Source: Tubulanus polymorphus
Lineage: Eukaryota; Animalia; Nemertea
Direction: 5' to 3'
NCBI RefSeq assembly: GCF_964204645.1
Contig: NC_134031.1
Location: forward strand, 248,001 to 312,000
Length of the DNA: 64,000 nt
The notes under the pieces are model-generated. The model made no database searches. It was not told where the DNA came from and worked only from the letters and a program-made list of their open reading frames with translations. The position numbers were made by a program, and so were the translations under genes. This document shows positions 50,679 to 64,000 of this stretch, one piece after another. Numbering within the stretch: position 1 is the stretch's first letter; each line of letters starts with the position of its first letter.

Positions 50679-53600
50679 AGGGGGAAGCTAAGATTCATCA
50701 TTGAGTTAAAATAGTCACTGACATAATTCGGTATAAAGTGTATAACTGACTCAATAAAAGTACAAATAGTTAGAGGGAGACCGAGGAGAGGGGAGAGGAG
50801 GGGAGGGGGAGAGGGGGTCGATAGAGTCTGGCTCACAGCACACGGAGCCGACGGGTAGAGATAGATAGGTAGATAAGAGTATCGGTTTGTGTCTTGTCTC
50901 TGATGGACACACACAGTAATACACGCAGTAACAGTTAACAGCTAATTGCTCGGTTTATGCGACTATTCACTGTGACATTCAAGTACATCTTTCATTGACA
51001 CAAATCGAGTTCTATTTTCCGTGCAGCCAATTTAACGCGTAGATAACGAAGTCTTTAATTGGACGCTGGATGATATTTCGAGTGTGACATAAGTTGTGAA
51101 GTGGAATTGTTAGTTTATTCCTGTTTAATGATATATCACCGTGTGATATTTCAAATCATACATGTGTGTATCACTGACTGATATATCACTATCACTGAGA
51201 TAGAGATATCAGTCTCACTTTCTATCAGTTATACATGAACAATATCTACGATTAAAATATTTCTCGAAATCATTTTCTACCGATGATCCTTTATTACATC
51301 GAGTTAACCTTAAATTGTTTCAAAATTTCGTCTCAATGTTTCGAATTCTAGCCTAGTCCTGGTTCAGGGAGGGGCCTCTCTCCCTGGTTCTGGGGAATGC
51401 GAGCTTCCCGTCTCTCTAAAATCAAATATTTAGCGAATCAATTTTCACAAAGCTTTCTTTGTTTTCGATAGTACAAAGAAATATCTAGAAAAAACATATT
51501 GATAATTCATAATCCCGAAAAAAATGTTCACTTGACCCAGAAAACGGTTATATATATACATATATATATGTATAAATATCCATTTTCTGGGAGATATTCA
51601 TTTTTTCATAGACTGTTTAAAATTCATAGAACTGATTTGAATCAGTTTTACGATGACGTCATAAATCGATTGATTGTAAACATTGAGGTTGAGACGATTG
51701 AAGATTTTGTTTCAAGAATTCAGAGATCGTCGAGAAATGATGCTTCACCGATACATAGTGGAAACTAGAATAAACATTTATAATGTGAGATATGATACTT
51801 CAGGTATCAGTCAGTAGATACTTGTAGATACTCATGTATCATCCCGATACTGTAGTATTCACTGCCTCTATTTACCTTTATTCAATAGTTTCATTATAAC
51901 TAATGGCGCCAGAGAGATATTCTTCAAACTAACACTTTACAAGACTCGATAACAATCATTCCCTCTCTCTTCTCTCTCCTCCTCCTTTCCTGTCTCCTCT
52001 CCCTCCTCTCAGATATGTTTTGGTAACAACATTGGTCTATTGTGATTTTAGTTAGTGAAATATTTTTTTTTCATTTTCTACAGTATTTAAGGATATCTAT
52101 GATATCAAAACTGAAAACTGAGTAAATGCCTCTATTTGAAGTGAAGATATTGTGTCTTTATTTGTCATACAAGTATTATAATTACTTTGACGAAATGAAT
52201 AAATAAATAACATAAATAAATTTATTGTCTAATCCTAGAAAACTATGTAAATGACTTCTGGTTAGCTGACTGACTGATTGACTGAATGACTGGCTAGCTG
52301 ACTGGTTAACTGGTTAGCTGGCTGGTGGATTGGTTACCTGGCTGGCTGACAGGCTGTGACACTATAAATATAAACCCAAATAGTTTAAATAATGAATCTA
52401 TCTAATGTATGTATCTGTGTGAAGGCTTTGTACGGCGGGATCTCGACTGTGTTGAAGCAGTTTGAAGTCACCGCTGCCCGCCCGCCAGCCCGCCAGCCAG
52501 CCCGCCAGCCAGCCCGCCAGACCGCCCGCCTGAGCGAGTGCGGTCTCTCTGTCTGCTGAATTATTGTTTGATATCTCATTATATATAACTGATTTTTTCA
52601 GATCTGGTGAATCGTCTCTTGACAAACAATGGCTGATGATTCTAGCTGCACCTATTGACCCCTGCTGAGGGTCAGTTACTCACAGGTGTTTACTCCTTCT
52701 CTCCTCTCCTCTCCTCTCCCCCTCTCTCCCTCTCTCCTCTCCCCTCTCCCCCTCTCTCTCCTCTCCTCTCTCTCAACTCTGGGATTCGATGCGACCGACC
52801 GATATTTCAGTAACATTTAACATTTTATTTGAACTGATAAACGCCCAGCACTGATAGTCTGCCTACGCGTTGTGGACCCGTTTGCGCCCGCGCGAGTGTT
52901 TTATCAGTGGAGGATGTTTTCAATACAAATCATTTTAGTTGTTATAAGATAATGTTGTTATCACTGATTCGTCTGTCTATATCGAATTGATATCATTTTT
53001 CCAGGAATGAAAAAAATTGTGTCATCCAGGAATCGTTTCAAGGGCTTTCACCGAATACTAACTTCCTTTAGACTCATCCCTATCACTAGGGGGTCTAATT
53101 CTTTAACCTGTCACCAGGGGGCCTCATTCTCAGTAACCAGCACGGTAGTTGTTAACATTGCCTCTCCCTGTCCTTGTATTCAATGAATGTTAGTTTAATT
53201 TTCGTGAAATTGACGTCACAATGATGGTTCATATTCGTCATTTTGCACGTCAAACCTTGGACCTTCAGTGTCCTTGTGGTTCAGATTTAGAGACGTTATT
53301 AATGATATAATTACTGATGATTGATTTGTTGATGATTCAGATAACGGGGGGGGAGGGGGAGGGGATTGGGGAGTATTTATTATTGATGTGTTATTTGAAC
53401 AATGAAATGTGAAATTGTCCCCGGTTGCGGAAATCACCACTCAGGCCTCAACTGGTGAAAGTTAAATTTCCATTTTCTCAAGTAAACAAACATAAATCTA
53501 TCTGTTGTATTTACTGTACCGTTTCCTTCCGTGTTCAGTATGGGATTTAGCATCTGTGTGAATCTTTCTCGTTCGCACACCGTGCGCGCGCGGCCGTGTG

Positions 53601-55324
53601 CGTCGCCGGTGCTGTTGTGTAAACTTTGCTCTGTCTCTCTGCCGTTCTATCATCAATTAAACCGATGTAATTGGCTTCCTTTGATAATCTAGTTAGCAAA
53701 CAACTGGTCTCAATATTTGTAATAGACTCTGAAGACTCCCTCGCTCGTCAGTCAGTCAGTCTCTCGCCTGCTAATCTTGTCATTGTGGTGAAATCGGTCG
53801 TCGATTTCCAATAAACCGCAACCACGTGACTCGCTCATTGTACTCGTCGTCAGGGGCGCGCGTGAATTTATTTAATTGATTGTCTTCAGTTATGAAGTTG
53901 TGTTTGTCATCGTTGAGAGTAAATTTACTCGTGGATTCATTCGGCTCTACACACGACACGATGTGAATTAGTCCTGGAGTAATACCGCTGCTGTTGCTGG
54001 TTTCCGATGACGTATTATAGATATTGTACTGTCCCCCAACCCCTCGCAGACTGACCCCTCCTAGCACAGAGCTCCCTCCCTCTATTCAGACACATTCTCA
54101 TTCTTTATCCAGCACGAAATGAATTTTGTCACAAATTCTATTTTTCAAGTTGAGATGGGGCGTGGGGCGCGTGGGTAAAGGGATGGGGTGCAGTGGGGCA
54201 CGTGGGTAGAGGGCTGGGGTGCAGTGGGGCGCGTGGGTAGAGGGCTGGGGTGCAGTGGGGTGCGTGGGTAGAGGGACGAGGCAGCGGAGGGGGTCAAGTG
54301 TCTATCGAAATGCATTATCAGGAAAGTGATAGCTATCGCTGACTAAACGGTACCCCTAAATCCAGGCTTTATTTCCATTAATCCTTGCTTTGTTCGGGAT
54401 TAATTGGCTTGACATCAATTGCGCACACAAGATTAATCCCTATCACCATAATCCTCAGATAATCCTCCGATATTAACAATCTGTTTTACACAATGTAACC
54501 GATACAAATCCTTTTATTGATCGCTGATTTTACACATTTTAAAAACAGATGTTTTGTAAGTTTACACAAAGTAGATACAAGAAGATATCAACTCTTTCTT
54601 TCTCTCTTCTCTCTTCTCTTCCAATCTAATCAGGCTCTAGGTTTCTATGTACGTAAGTGATTAATCATCTGATTCTTTTATATCAGAAAAATATATCACT
54701 TTTATTCGCACATTCATTCAACACCAGTGAATCTTTAGCCAGTGTAGACATTGTATTAAACCAACGCTGAATGCAAACTGTGAAAGGATCGGGTTTAGAG
54801 GTATATGGAGACTAGGGGTCCGGGGATCAGTGCTATGGGGCGAGAGAGGTTTAGAGGTATCGGCCTGAGGCTCCCTATAATTCATTATTTCAAACACGAT
54901 TCTGTCCCCTGTTCAACTGATGTTTAGTTACAATAATATTATTGTTTTGTGAATTACAAAAAGAATGTTGGGAAGTTTTGGGTCCGACAAGTTGTAAGAA
55001 GCTGCAGGAGTAGTGAATGTAACTATTGTGATGAGTTACAGGACTATAAGTATCTGTAGTACCACTTCATCTCGTATCTATAACCCGCGCGCACTATCTC
55101 TTATCATTCGAGTAAAACTATTCATCACTTTATATTGAGTTTTAAAGTGAATGTGAGTTGTTTGTTGATGTGGCTCTTACAGAGATTGACATCTCCTCAG
55201 GTGTATCTGAGTAGGTTAGGTGAGGTGAGGTGAGGGGAGTGAGTGGCGAGGTGAGGGGTTGGGGAGTGGGTACGTCTATTAAGGAATGGCCACGGAACAC
55301 ATTTCCGCTTCGTGACACGAGCTG

Positions 55325-55439
55325 CAGTTGCTCAAAAGTTGGCCAAAGATAACCAGCCGATAAATACCGTAGTAACTATGAAATTTTAATTGTCATTATG
55401 TCAACTATCCACTGGTTCAAAACGGCCTTTGATCAACTG
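55325..55439. mobile_element. About 115-bp MITE-like foldback element
   Basis: CAGTTGCTCAAA ... TTTGATCAACTG termini with an imperfectly palindromic interior. Confidence 0.5.
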
Positions 55440-56057
55440 ATGGGTCGGGGTCATGTTTCAAAAAACTCAGGATCCAGTTTAACAGATGACCTCAATTTAG
55501 TCCATGGTTAAAGATAATTCATTTCCATTGTTTTAAATCTAGATTCAAATTCTAAATCGAGAGAATTTTGAATCAATTGACTACATTAGGTGAAGCCCAA
55601 TCACAAATCTATTCTCTTGTAGAAAATATACTTCTCTATCTGAGAATCCATGAAAGGATCTTCTCGCGTGTCTCTGGTGTGTCTGGTGTCAGGTCAGTAA
55701 ACTCTCATAGTTGGACTGGTAACTGACTAACTGGGGCTGGCTGGCTGGCTGGCTGGTAACTTACTGTCTGGTCTGGCTGTCTGGCAGAATAACTGACTGA
55801 TATTGTCTAGTCTTAGATTAAAATCACTGTAAGATGAACCAGTAGTTTACAGATCTATCATCTTTACTCCTGGTTTAATGTTTACATCCGAGTTTAGAAT
55901 GTCTCGCTCTGTACAGATAGGAGCAATAAAAGAAGCTTTGTATGAAATTCATAAAAATTTATCAATTTATCTCAATATTTCCTGGATATCACAACAGAAG
56001 AGTTGATTGTGGAACTCTGTCGATCCCCTTGGAAAACATTCCAATTTGAACCCACAG

Positions 56058-56485
56058 GACTGATGGGTGGCTATACTGTGGAGCTGATGGGTGGCTCCAC
56101 TATAAGACTGATGGGCGACTCCACTGTGGAGCTGATGGGTGGCTCCACTGTGGAGCTGTTGGGTGGTTCCACTAAAAGACTGATGGGCGGCTCCGCTGTG
56201 GAGCTGATGGGTGGCTTCACTGTGGAGCTGATGGGTGGTTCCACTATAAGACTGATGGGCGACTCCACTGTGGAGCTGATGGGTGGTTCCACTATAAGAC
56301 TGATGGGCGGCTTCGCTGTGGAGCTGATGGGTGGCTCCACTGTGGAGCTGATGGGTGGTTCCACCATAAGACTGATGGGCGGCTTCGCTGTGGAGCTGAT
56401 GGGTGGCTTCACTGTGGAGCTGATGGGTGGTTCCACTATAAGACTGATGGGCGGCTCCGCTGTGGAGCTGTTGGGTGACTCCACT
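56058..56485. repeat. 24-bp minisatellite, about 18 copies, two alternating variants
   Basis: Units GCTGATGGGTGGCTCCACTGTGGA and ...CCACTATAAGA. Confidence 0.95.
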
Positions 56486-56882
56486 ACAGTATAGAGGATC
56501 CAGCTCTAACGATGTTTACTGGTTTTGGTTGTTATGATTTTATCTTCAGACATTCTGTCTGAAAGACAAGATAAATTCAGACCCCTGCAGTTTGTGATTT
56601 ACAGGAAATAATCAATTATTACAGCATGAATTCATAATGTGTTTATTTGTTGAGACTGCCGGGCAAAACAGTCTTACACCACACATGGGTGGGGTGGAGA
56701 TCCACAGTACCGGCCCCCCTTCTCGGCACATGGTCTTCATTCAGTTATTCTGAAATCTGATATTGTTTATGAATAATCTAACATTAATCACACATTGTTG
56801 TGAATTGACTTCGGCAAGTGAGTGGTAAATTTTACATGAGATGTTGTTTGATTTAACTGGTTGGTATCTCACAGTCACAGTC

Positions 56883-56929
<47 letters not shown>

Positions 56930-58062
56930 CGGGCAACATGTCACCTGTTTGCCGTGTGACACATCACTTAGATAAATATTACAAGTACTGTAATAAACTT
57001 CTTACGGTACCGCTCGGCTCCACTTCCCTTGCAACAGCCGGGGCCGGACTCGGAACCGGACCTCGGACCCGGATTCGGACCTGTAAAGTTACAGTGTGGT
57101 GGTACAAAGCCCTCAGCAGGGAGGGACCTCGATGTCGGATGTAAATTCGGCAGTTTACAAACCTTGAACCGAGGTTATTGCAATATAATCTGATACAAAT
57201 AGTTCCCATTGCATTGGTCTCGATAAAGCCCAAACCTACTGCGGATTTGATAATTATATTTTCAAGATTTTTGAATAGTGATCCAGGGATAATGATGATT
57301 AGATTTAGTTAGTCCGGGGCTGAAATGTGTTTGTTTACTGATAGAATATATCTAGATTTTGGAGCCTGAAATGGTTGAAAAAGAGATAAACGAGAGATGG
57401 CTATTGTTCGATGTTTATCTGTGAGATAAGGTTTATAATGAAACGCATTAAATTAGAGTGATGTCTTATTTCAGATCAGATCAGATCAGATCAGATACAA
57501 ATGATGTTTATAGATAGTTTTAATGGGTAGTTTTAATACTATCTGTGAATGGACACCTGCACTACACACACCTAGTTCACTGATCATTCAATGTAATGTA
57601 AGTCATCATTTTAGATAAGTGGTCATTATATTAAAGTCATTTCTATTTTTGAGTTTCAATGTGTTTTTCTAATTCATTTAACTAAGTGTAAGTCGTCATT
57701 TGGATAAGTCGTCACATAACTGAAGTCATCGCTATTTTTGAGTTTCAATTTCTAATTCTTATTCATTTATAACTAAATGTAAGTCATCATTTCGATAAGT
57801 GCCGTGGTCACAAAATCATATCTATTTTATATTTCTAATTAACGAAGTGTAGGTCGATCATCACAACTGTGACGACTTAAAGCGAGAGTTTAACTGAATT
57901 TATAAATGAGATCCTCATTCAATGTGGAATTTTCAATTCTGAATTATTAAAATTCCACGGTGTTTTTTTTATTATATAATAGTAAAGTAAGATATTTATT
58001 AGAACAAACAGACGGTAGTAAAGAGGAAGAGAGTAGACAGATGTTTAGGGTTGATTTTTACA

Positions 58063-58065
<3 letters not shown>

Positions 58066-58134
<69 letters not shown>

Positions 58135-58209
58135 CCTCCCTCCCTCCCTCCCTCCCTCCCTCCCTCCCTCCCTCCCTCCATCCCTCCCTCCCTCCCTCCC
58201 TCCCTCCCT

Positions 58210-58258
<49 letters not shown>

Positions 58259-58319
58259 TCTCTCTCTCACTCTCTCTCTCTCTCTCACTCTCTCTCTCAC
58301 TCTCTCTCTCACTCTCTCT
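58066..58319. repeat. (CT)n/(CCCT)n compound microsatellite
   Basis: Visible directly in the sequence. Confidence 0.96.
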
Positions 58320-59205
58320 TACTGTGTCTGACTGTTGACCTGTTACTAATGATTTTATCTCGTTTGGAACCTGTTGCTAAGCAAAACAGAAGATTATCAT
58401 TAAACTGATAGGTAATCCTCACTGCTCTATCCATCTGTCAATCCGTCAACATCCCTCAACATCCCTCAACATCCCTACTTCATTCAGTAGTACACAAAAC
58501 TTTAATACATATGAAAAGCAAAACATTATCGTAAAAAAAGTTCGAATAAACCAGAATATTCCTATATTCCTGTCATTTAGGAGTTCTGCTCATGGTTTAC
58601 GTCATAACAATCAGTTGAAAGGCTTTCTGTAAGTCTCTGATACATAATCATTTTAATTTACAGTACAAACTATGTGTTAATTAAATTATTGGAATATATT
58701 TCCTGCTGTTGTACAGAACTGGGGGTAGTTCAGAGCTTGTTACATCACATTCACGATTAAAATTTTGATGAAAATACTTATATCTAAAAATGAATTGAAA
58801 ATTTAATGTCTCAGTTACTGGCTAGTGTTCCATAGTAACAATATTCCAGGAATGAATAATGATTTACTGGTTGAGTTACTGCAGATTCTATGTTTTAGTG
58901 ATTAATAGGTTTTTTGAGTGTTGATGCCTGTTAAACTAACATTTATATAGATACGCGCACATAGTCATATATCACACAGAGATAGGGAGAGGAGGAGAGA
59001 GGGAGGGGGGAGAGAGGGAGGGGGAGAGAGAGGGAGGGAGAGAGGGAGGGGAGAGAGAGGGAGGGAGGGAGGGGGGATAGGGAGGTAGCTAGAGGGTTAC
59101 TTGGACAAACAGGAGAATGAGAGACAAGCCACGAAGACGCCCAAATACACAGCAGTCAAACATAACCTTATATACACATCTTTGCGTTAATGTCTTTCCT
59201 CTCTT

Positions 59206-59337
59206 GGGCCTGGCTGCTGAACAGTCGTGACTTAAGTTTTCAAATCTTAAGACTGGTCTTAAGTTGTTCGATTGACTAAAGAATTAAGTTGGTCTTAGAC
59301 TTGTCTCGAATCTAAGTCATGACTGTGCAACCGGCCC
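59206..59337. mobile_element. About 130-bp MITE-like foldback element
   Basis: GGGCC...ACAGTCGTGACTTA ... TAAGTCATGACTGT...GGCCC inverted termini. Confidence 0.55.
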
Positions 59338-60430
59338 CTGAAGTCGAGTCAGAGTAGTTATAGGAACCCTTGGAGAGGTCAGATGGAGCTGTTTGTCAGA
59401 GCTGACAGAAGTTCACACACACACATAGTTGTGGTTTAATTAATGTATTTTTAATTATATAAACATTTATTTAAAAGGTTAAACCCATTAATCAGTAGTG
59501 AGAGTTTACTGATTGTGTTTGTCGTGTGAAAGATTTATGAGTATTGAAAACTCGACTGACCGAATCGACACAAACTGAGAGACTATGATTTATACTTCAT
59601 ACTAGTTATAATTAACTGAGATTTAAAACTGAATGAGAAACTGAAATATAAACCACTGCCTGTTACTACGAGTTACTACGGCCAGAGAGGAGGGGGAGGG
59701 GAGGGGAGGGGTAGCGGGACCCCCAGTATTACCATACGACACATATCATTATGAAATCCTTGATACATATTCTTGAAATCTAAATAAATTGGAAGTCATG
59801 ATTTTTTTTTTCAAAAATAATTTTTTTTTCGGATTCGAACCCACACGACAACTAAATTGTGGTGGTTGAATTTGTTCTTAGAATTTAATCTAGTTATGTT
59901 CGATTGTTTTTCCAGTGATGGTGGTCTCCGTATCTGTAGATTACTAACAGTAGCAGCATTGTTTTAATGATACATGATCTCTTCTCCCTCTCTTCCCTCT
60001 CTCTCCCTCTCTCTCCCTCTCTCTCCCTCTCTCTCCCTCTCTCTCCCTCTCTCTCCCTCTCTTCCCTCTCTGATCGTTTCTACAGACAAGTGACTCTAAC
60101 ATAACGTAATTCTATTGAATAAAAATCAATGTGATGAAAAACCAAAAGAATTGAGTCGAAACTTCAATATTCTTTTAGTTTTTCTTTATAAACGTCGGTT
60201 TCTTTTTCTTCAATTACAATCTCTGAGTGGAGCATGCAGTGGAGAGAGAGGGATCTGAGACCGATCAGGTGACACCGGACCTAAACGTGTTAACTGAAGT
60301 GAAACATGAAACTTGATAAAACCAGAAATAATTGATTAGTTTCAAATTACAGATTAATTTCAGATCCGATTCATCAGATTTGTTTTCGCTGTTAATGATT
60401 TGTTACTATGTGAGGTGAACTCCGACCTGC

Positions 60431-60784
60431 CTGAGTGCTGACCCTACACCTGCCAGTGCCTGCCACCTGACTGCTGACCCTACACCTGCCAGTGCCTGCC
60501 ACCTGACTGCTGACCCTACCCCTACCTGCCAGTGCCTACCACCTGACTGCTGACCCTACCCCTACCTGCCAGTGCCTGCCACCTGACTGCTGACCCTACC
60601 CCTACCTGCCAGTGCCTGCCGCCTGACTGCTGACCCTACCCCTACTTGCCAGTGCCAGCCACCTCGCAGTGGTACCCACCCAGCGCCCCTCGCAGTGGTA
60701 CCCACCCAGCGCCCCTCGCAGTGCTACCCACCCAGCGCCCCTCGCAGTGGTGGTACCCACTCAGCGCCCCTCGCAGTGGTACCA
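60431..60784. repeat. Two abutting minisatellites (about 40-bp and about 25-bp units)
   Basis: CTGACTGCTGACCCTACCCCTACCTGCCAGTGCCTGCCAC, about 6 copies, then CCTCGCAGTGGTACCCACCCAGCGC-like, about 5 copies. Confidence 0.92.
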
Positions 60785-61884
60785 TGAATGAAACGGATAG
60801 AGTACGCGTGTGTGTGTTTTTTTTTAATGACACCACAGTTAGTGGGGGGTTGTCTGTATACTGTGAGAGGATGAGAGAGAAGAGATGAGGAGGGATGAGA
60901 GAAGAGACGGATGACCCACTGTGAGTTTGGATGAGTTTTGGATTAGGTCTCTCAGTGATCTGGGGGTCATTAAGTGCAGCACATACTGACTGACTGGCTG
61001 ACTGACTGACTGGTTCGGTTTAGGTGTTCTGGTTTAGTTATTAGAGATGATGGTGATGATGATGATGATGGGGTAGTTGTTTTCGGAGATGACTTCCCCG
61101 CTGTTCTTTCTATAATCATTTCAAACTCGTGTAATTACTTCATTATTTTACACAGGGTTCATTCGGTGCACTGGTTTCTTCAAGGTGGAAGGAGGTACGA
61201 TCCTCGTCGAGTACTGAATATACTCCGCACTCTAATCATCGACACTAGGAAATATCTTTCTCTCTCAATTCTTATCGTTTCGATATTAGATATTAACAGT
61301 TTTTAAAAACGTAATTGAGATTTTCAAGTGAATTCGATTCACCGCGGGGGGGGGGTAGAGCTTTAATTCTGGTGAAAGCGAAATTCAAAGATTTTGCTTC
61401 GATTACTTCTCATTCATGGAATTCATCAGTTTTAACAACTCGTTGACGAATTTTAACTAATTTCGTCTCACCCCCTCACGCCTCACCCCTCACGCCTTAT
61501 CGCCTGCACCCATTTATTTCAAAATTAAATTATCAAGTCAGAACCTCGTACGAGGAAGTGATGCGTCTTCTGTCGATCCTTTCAATTCTGTAATTAACAA
61601 GTTCACACCTCTGAGTACACCGGAAGGGGATCAGTTCGGGGGCTACCTGGTACAGTGAGTCTAAACCTGATAGAACGTGTAGAGTGAAATATCTCAGTAA
61701 TTCTAATGGGTTTCACTTGGTATAAATTACACAAATCTATAATACAAAAACGTGTTACATAATTCACCATTAACGGCTTAAAAACTACATCGAAATTTAT
61801 AACAGCTTGAATTGAAATTCAGAAAATAGAAAGTGTGAAACAAATCATAGTGATTAGGATTATGTAGGGATTATACATGTATTT

Positions 61885-62076
61885 CAGCTCGACAGGTCAC
61901 GGGTTGGTGCAGCTCAGCTCGATAGGTCACGGGTTGGTGCAGCTCAGCTCGATAGGTCACGGGTTGGTGCAGCTCAGCTCGACAGGTCACGGGTTGGTGC
62001 AGCTCAGCTCGATAGGTCACGGGTTTGGTGTTTCTCAGCTCGATAGGTCACGGGTTTGGTGTTTCTCAGCTCGACA
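61885..62076. repeat. 30-bp minisatellite, about 6 copies
   Basis: Unit CAGCTCAGCTCGATAGGTCACGGGTTGGTG. Confidence 0.93.
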
Positions 62077-63136
62077 GACCCTTGGTTTGTGCTGCTGTTG
62101 ATAATCTGTGTGATTATTTGATTAATACTGTAACACACCGGTCTAATTATACTCTGTTACATAATCATATAACACAATAATCAATGAATGATTTAAACTA
62201 AATAAATCACCACAAACTAATATTTATTTTTAATCATTGACGGCAACGAATTTGATTGTTTGATTAATCGTCGCATTGTAACCGATCGTTTTAAATGTTT
62301 ACCGCTAGGTGGCATAACTGAATGTTCAACATAAATAATGTGTAGTAGCAAAGGTTCATAGTGTTTATGAATTTCTGTTAGTAGGCGTGTGTTGTCAATA
62401 AAGTTTTATTTTAATGTTTTAAAATGTTTTCATTTTCTATTTTTTCGGGATTGTAAATAATCTTTTGCCCTTCTGGTAATGGAGTAAATAAATCCAATAT
62501 ATTCGATTCAAGTTTGATTACTTTGTCCCCCTGCCCCCTGAAGACACCCTCATCTCCCCCAAACCGCAATCACAGGCCCCTTGACATAAAGGACCCGGTT
62601 CAACATTTCTCGGTTGGAATTCATCTCTTGGGGTTTCAAACATTGAAGATTAATTAATTGAATTATAGTGTCTCAAACTGATGATCTATGGATCTTCACA
62701 CGTAAATCTGTGTGAAACAACAACTAAAAATACAAAATATGATATAAAGTCATAGATATAGAGTTTAGATGATAGAGACATGAATGAACTATGTGTCTAT
62801 AATGTTCGTATTGATATAAGTCGTGTATGTTTGAACAGGTTTAGTGAATTTTGTCACATTTTCCTGTGAAGTGATCGATCCACTATTCTCTATTCATTCT
62901 AATTGTCAGTAAGTTTTTGAAGCGTTTCTAAATGAGGCTTTTATTTTGATTTCATGTCGGTCTCTGTTTTCTGTTCGGAGTTTGTTTTAACAGTTGATAT
63001 TCATACAGTGATCTCTATCATTAACTGTACGAGTCAATACAGCCGCTAGTATCAAGTTACATATTCTCTCTCACTGTCTGTCTCGATACTGGGTGGTGAC
63101 GTCCCCAGGGATTCTACTGCTCCTATGCCGGGTGCA

Positions 63137-63256
63137 CAGCCAGCCAGCCAGTCAGCCAGTCAGCCAGGCAGTCAGCCAGTCAACCAGTCAGTCAATCAGT
63201 CAGCTAGCCAGCCAGCCAGCGAGCCAGCCAGTCAGCCAGCCAGCCAGCCAGTCAGT

Positions 63257-63287
<31 letters not shown>

Positions 63288-63362
63288 TCAGTCAGTCAGC
63301 CAGCCAGTCAGCCAGCCAGTCAGCCAGTCAGTCAGCGAGCCAGCCAGCCGGCCAGCCAGTCA
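63137..63362. repeat. (CAGC/CAGT)n tetranucleotide satellite
   Basis: Visible directly in the sequence. Confidence 0.95.
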
Positions 63363-64000
63363 CGCGATGCTCTGTATGATGAGCGGGTAGAAGTGATGCT
63401 GGATGCTGTGATCTAACGGATACATCAGTCATCCTTCGTTTCCTCCGATAGTTACTATTGTCACCGTCAGTGGTACAGCACGATATATTAACCCTTCATC
63501 CTCGAAAACTAAAACACAATTCAAAAACCACTTTTAAATATTCACTTTGTTAACTCGAAAATATGACAAACCCGGTAAATTTCAGCGTCAAGTTTCTCGT
63601 ATTTTGCTGATTTGATTTTGCTGATTTGAGATGTTTAGATGAAGTCGTGTTGTAGACGTGAAAGGGTTAATCTTGAAGACGCACGCGAACTGTTAACAGT
63701 GATTCATTTATTCAGTGATCAGATCTTTAATATAATCACGATTTCAATAAAATCATGCAGGTTTTCATTATAAATGGGCGTCAATATACAATCAGAGAAA
63801 TAGATTTTATACCCGGTTCTATCAATGCTTTGATTCTAGACTTGTCTTAGTTCTGTAGATTATCCATAACAAACTAACACTATGCTTTCTTTACTTCTAT
63901 AACTAATCTAAACACTTAAGATCAGTCTCGTCATTCTAAGCTTATTTCGGTTCTATATCTGATCTAACAAGGAGAAGTCTTTAGATTCAAGACCATTTCT

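Noticed and set aside
56003-56494. 163-aa and 137-aa repetitive ORFs (LMGGSTVE)n
   Set aside because: A 24-bp minisatellite open on both strands, with no signal peptide or splice evidence.

Overview
This is eukaryotic (metazoan) genomic DNA, AT-rich and dense in micro- and minisatellites. It is probably a bilaterian invertebrate, which is inferred from gene content and repeat style only. Two genes can be built by hand. (1) MAP2K7/MKK7 (hemipterous orthologue) lies on the minus strand: ATG at 6199, nine coding exons with canonical GT-AG splice sites and consistent phases, running off the left edge. (2) A PRDM16/MECOM (Evi1/hamlet/egl-43) zinc-finger gene lies on the plus strand, with coding exons 41069-41144, 42635-42866 and 42994-45154 (about 822 aa). 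It has 5+3 zinc fingers, both CtBP motifs, and no PR domain that I could find. Nearly all other ORFs in the track are translations of simple repeats. The most unusual signals are: (a) two MKK7 introns expanded by tandem copies of their own 3' splice site plus the start of the downstream exon (9 and 5 decoy acceptors), with visible microhomology at the junctions; (b) two inverted pairs of minimal type-I hammerhead-ribozyme motifs of the Penelope-associated kind (about 23.3 kb and 28.6 kb); (c) a dispersed repeat joining a tRNA-like segment to TTAGGG units; (d) a 23-bp palindrome flanked by a 7-bp target-site duplication; (e) clusters of CTCF-consensus motifs.
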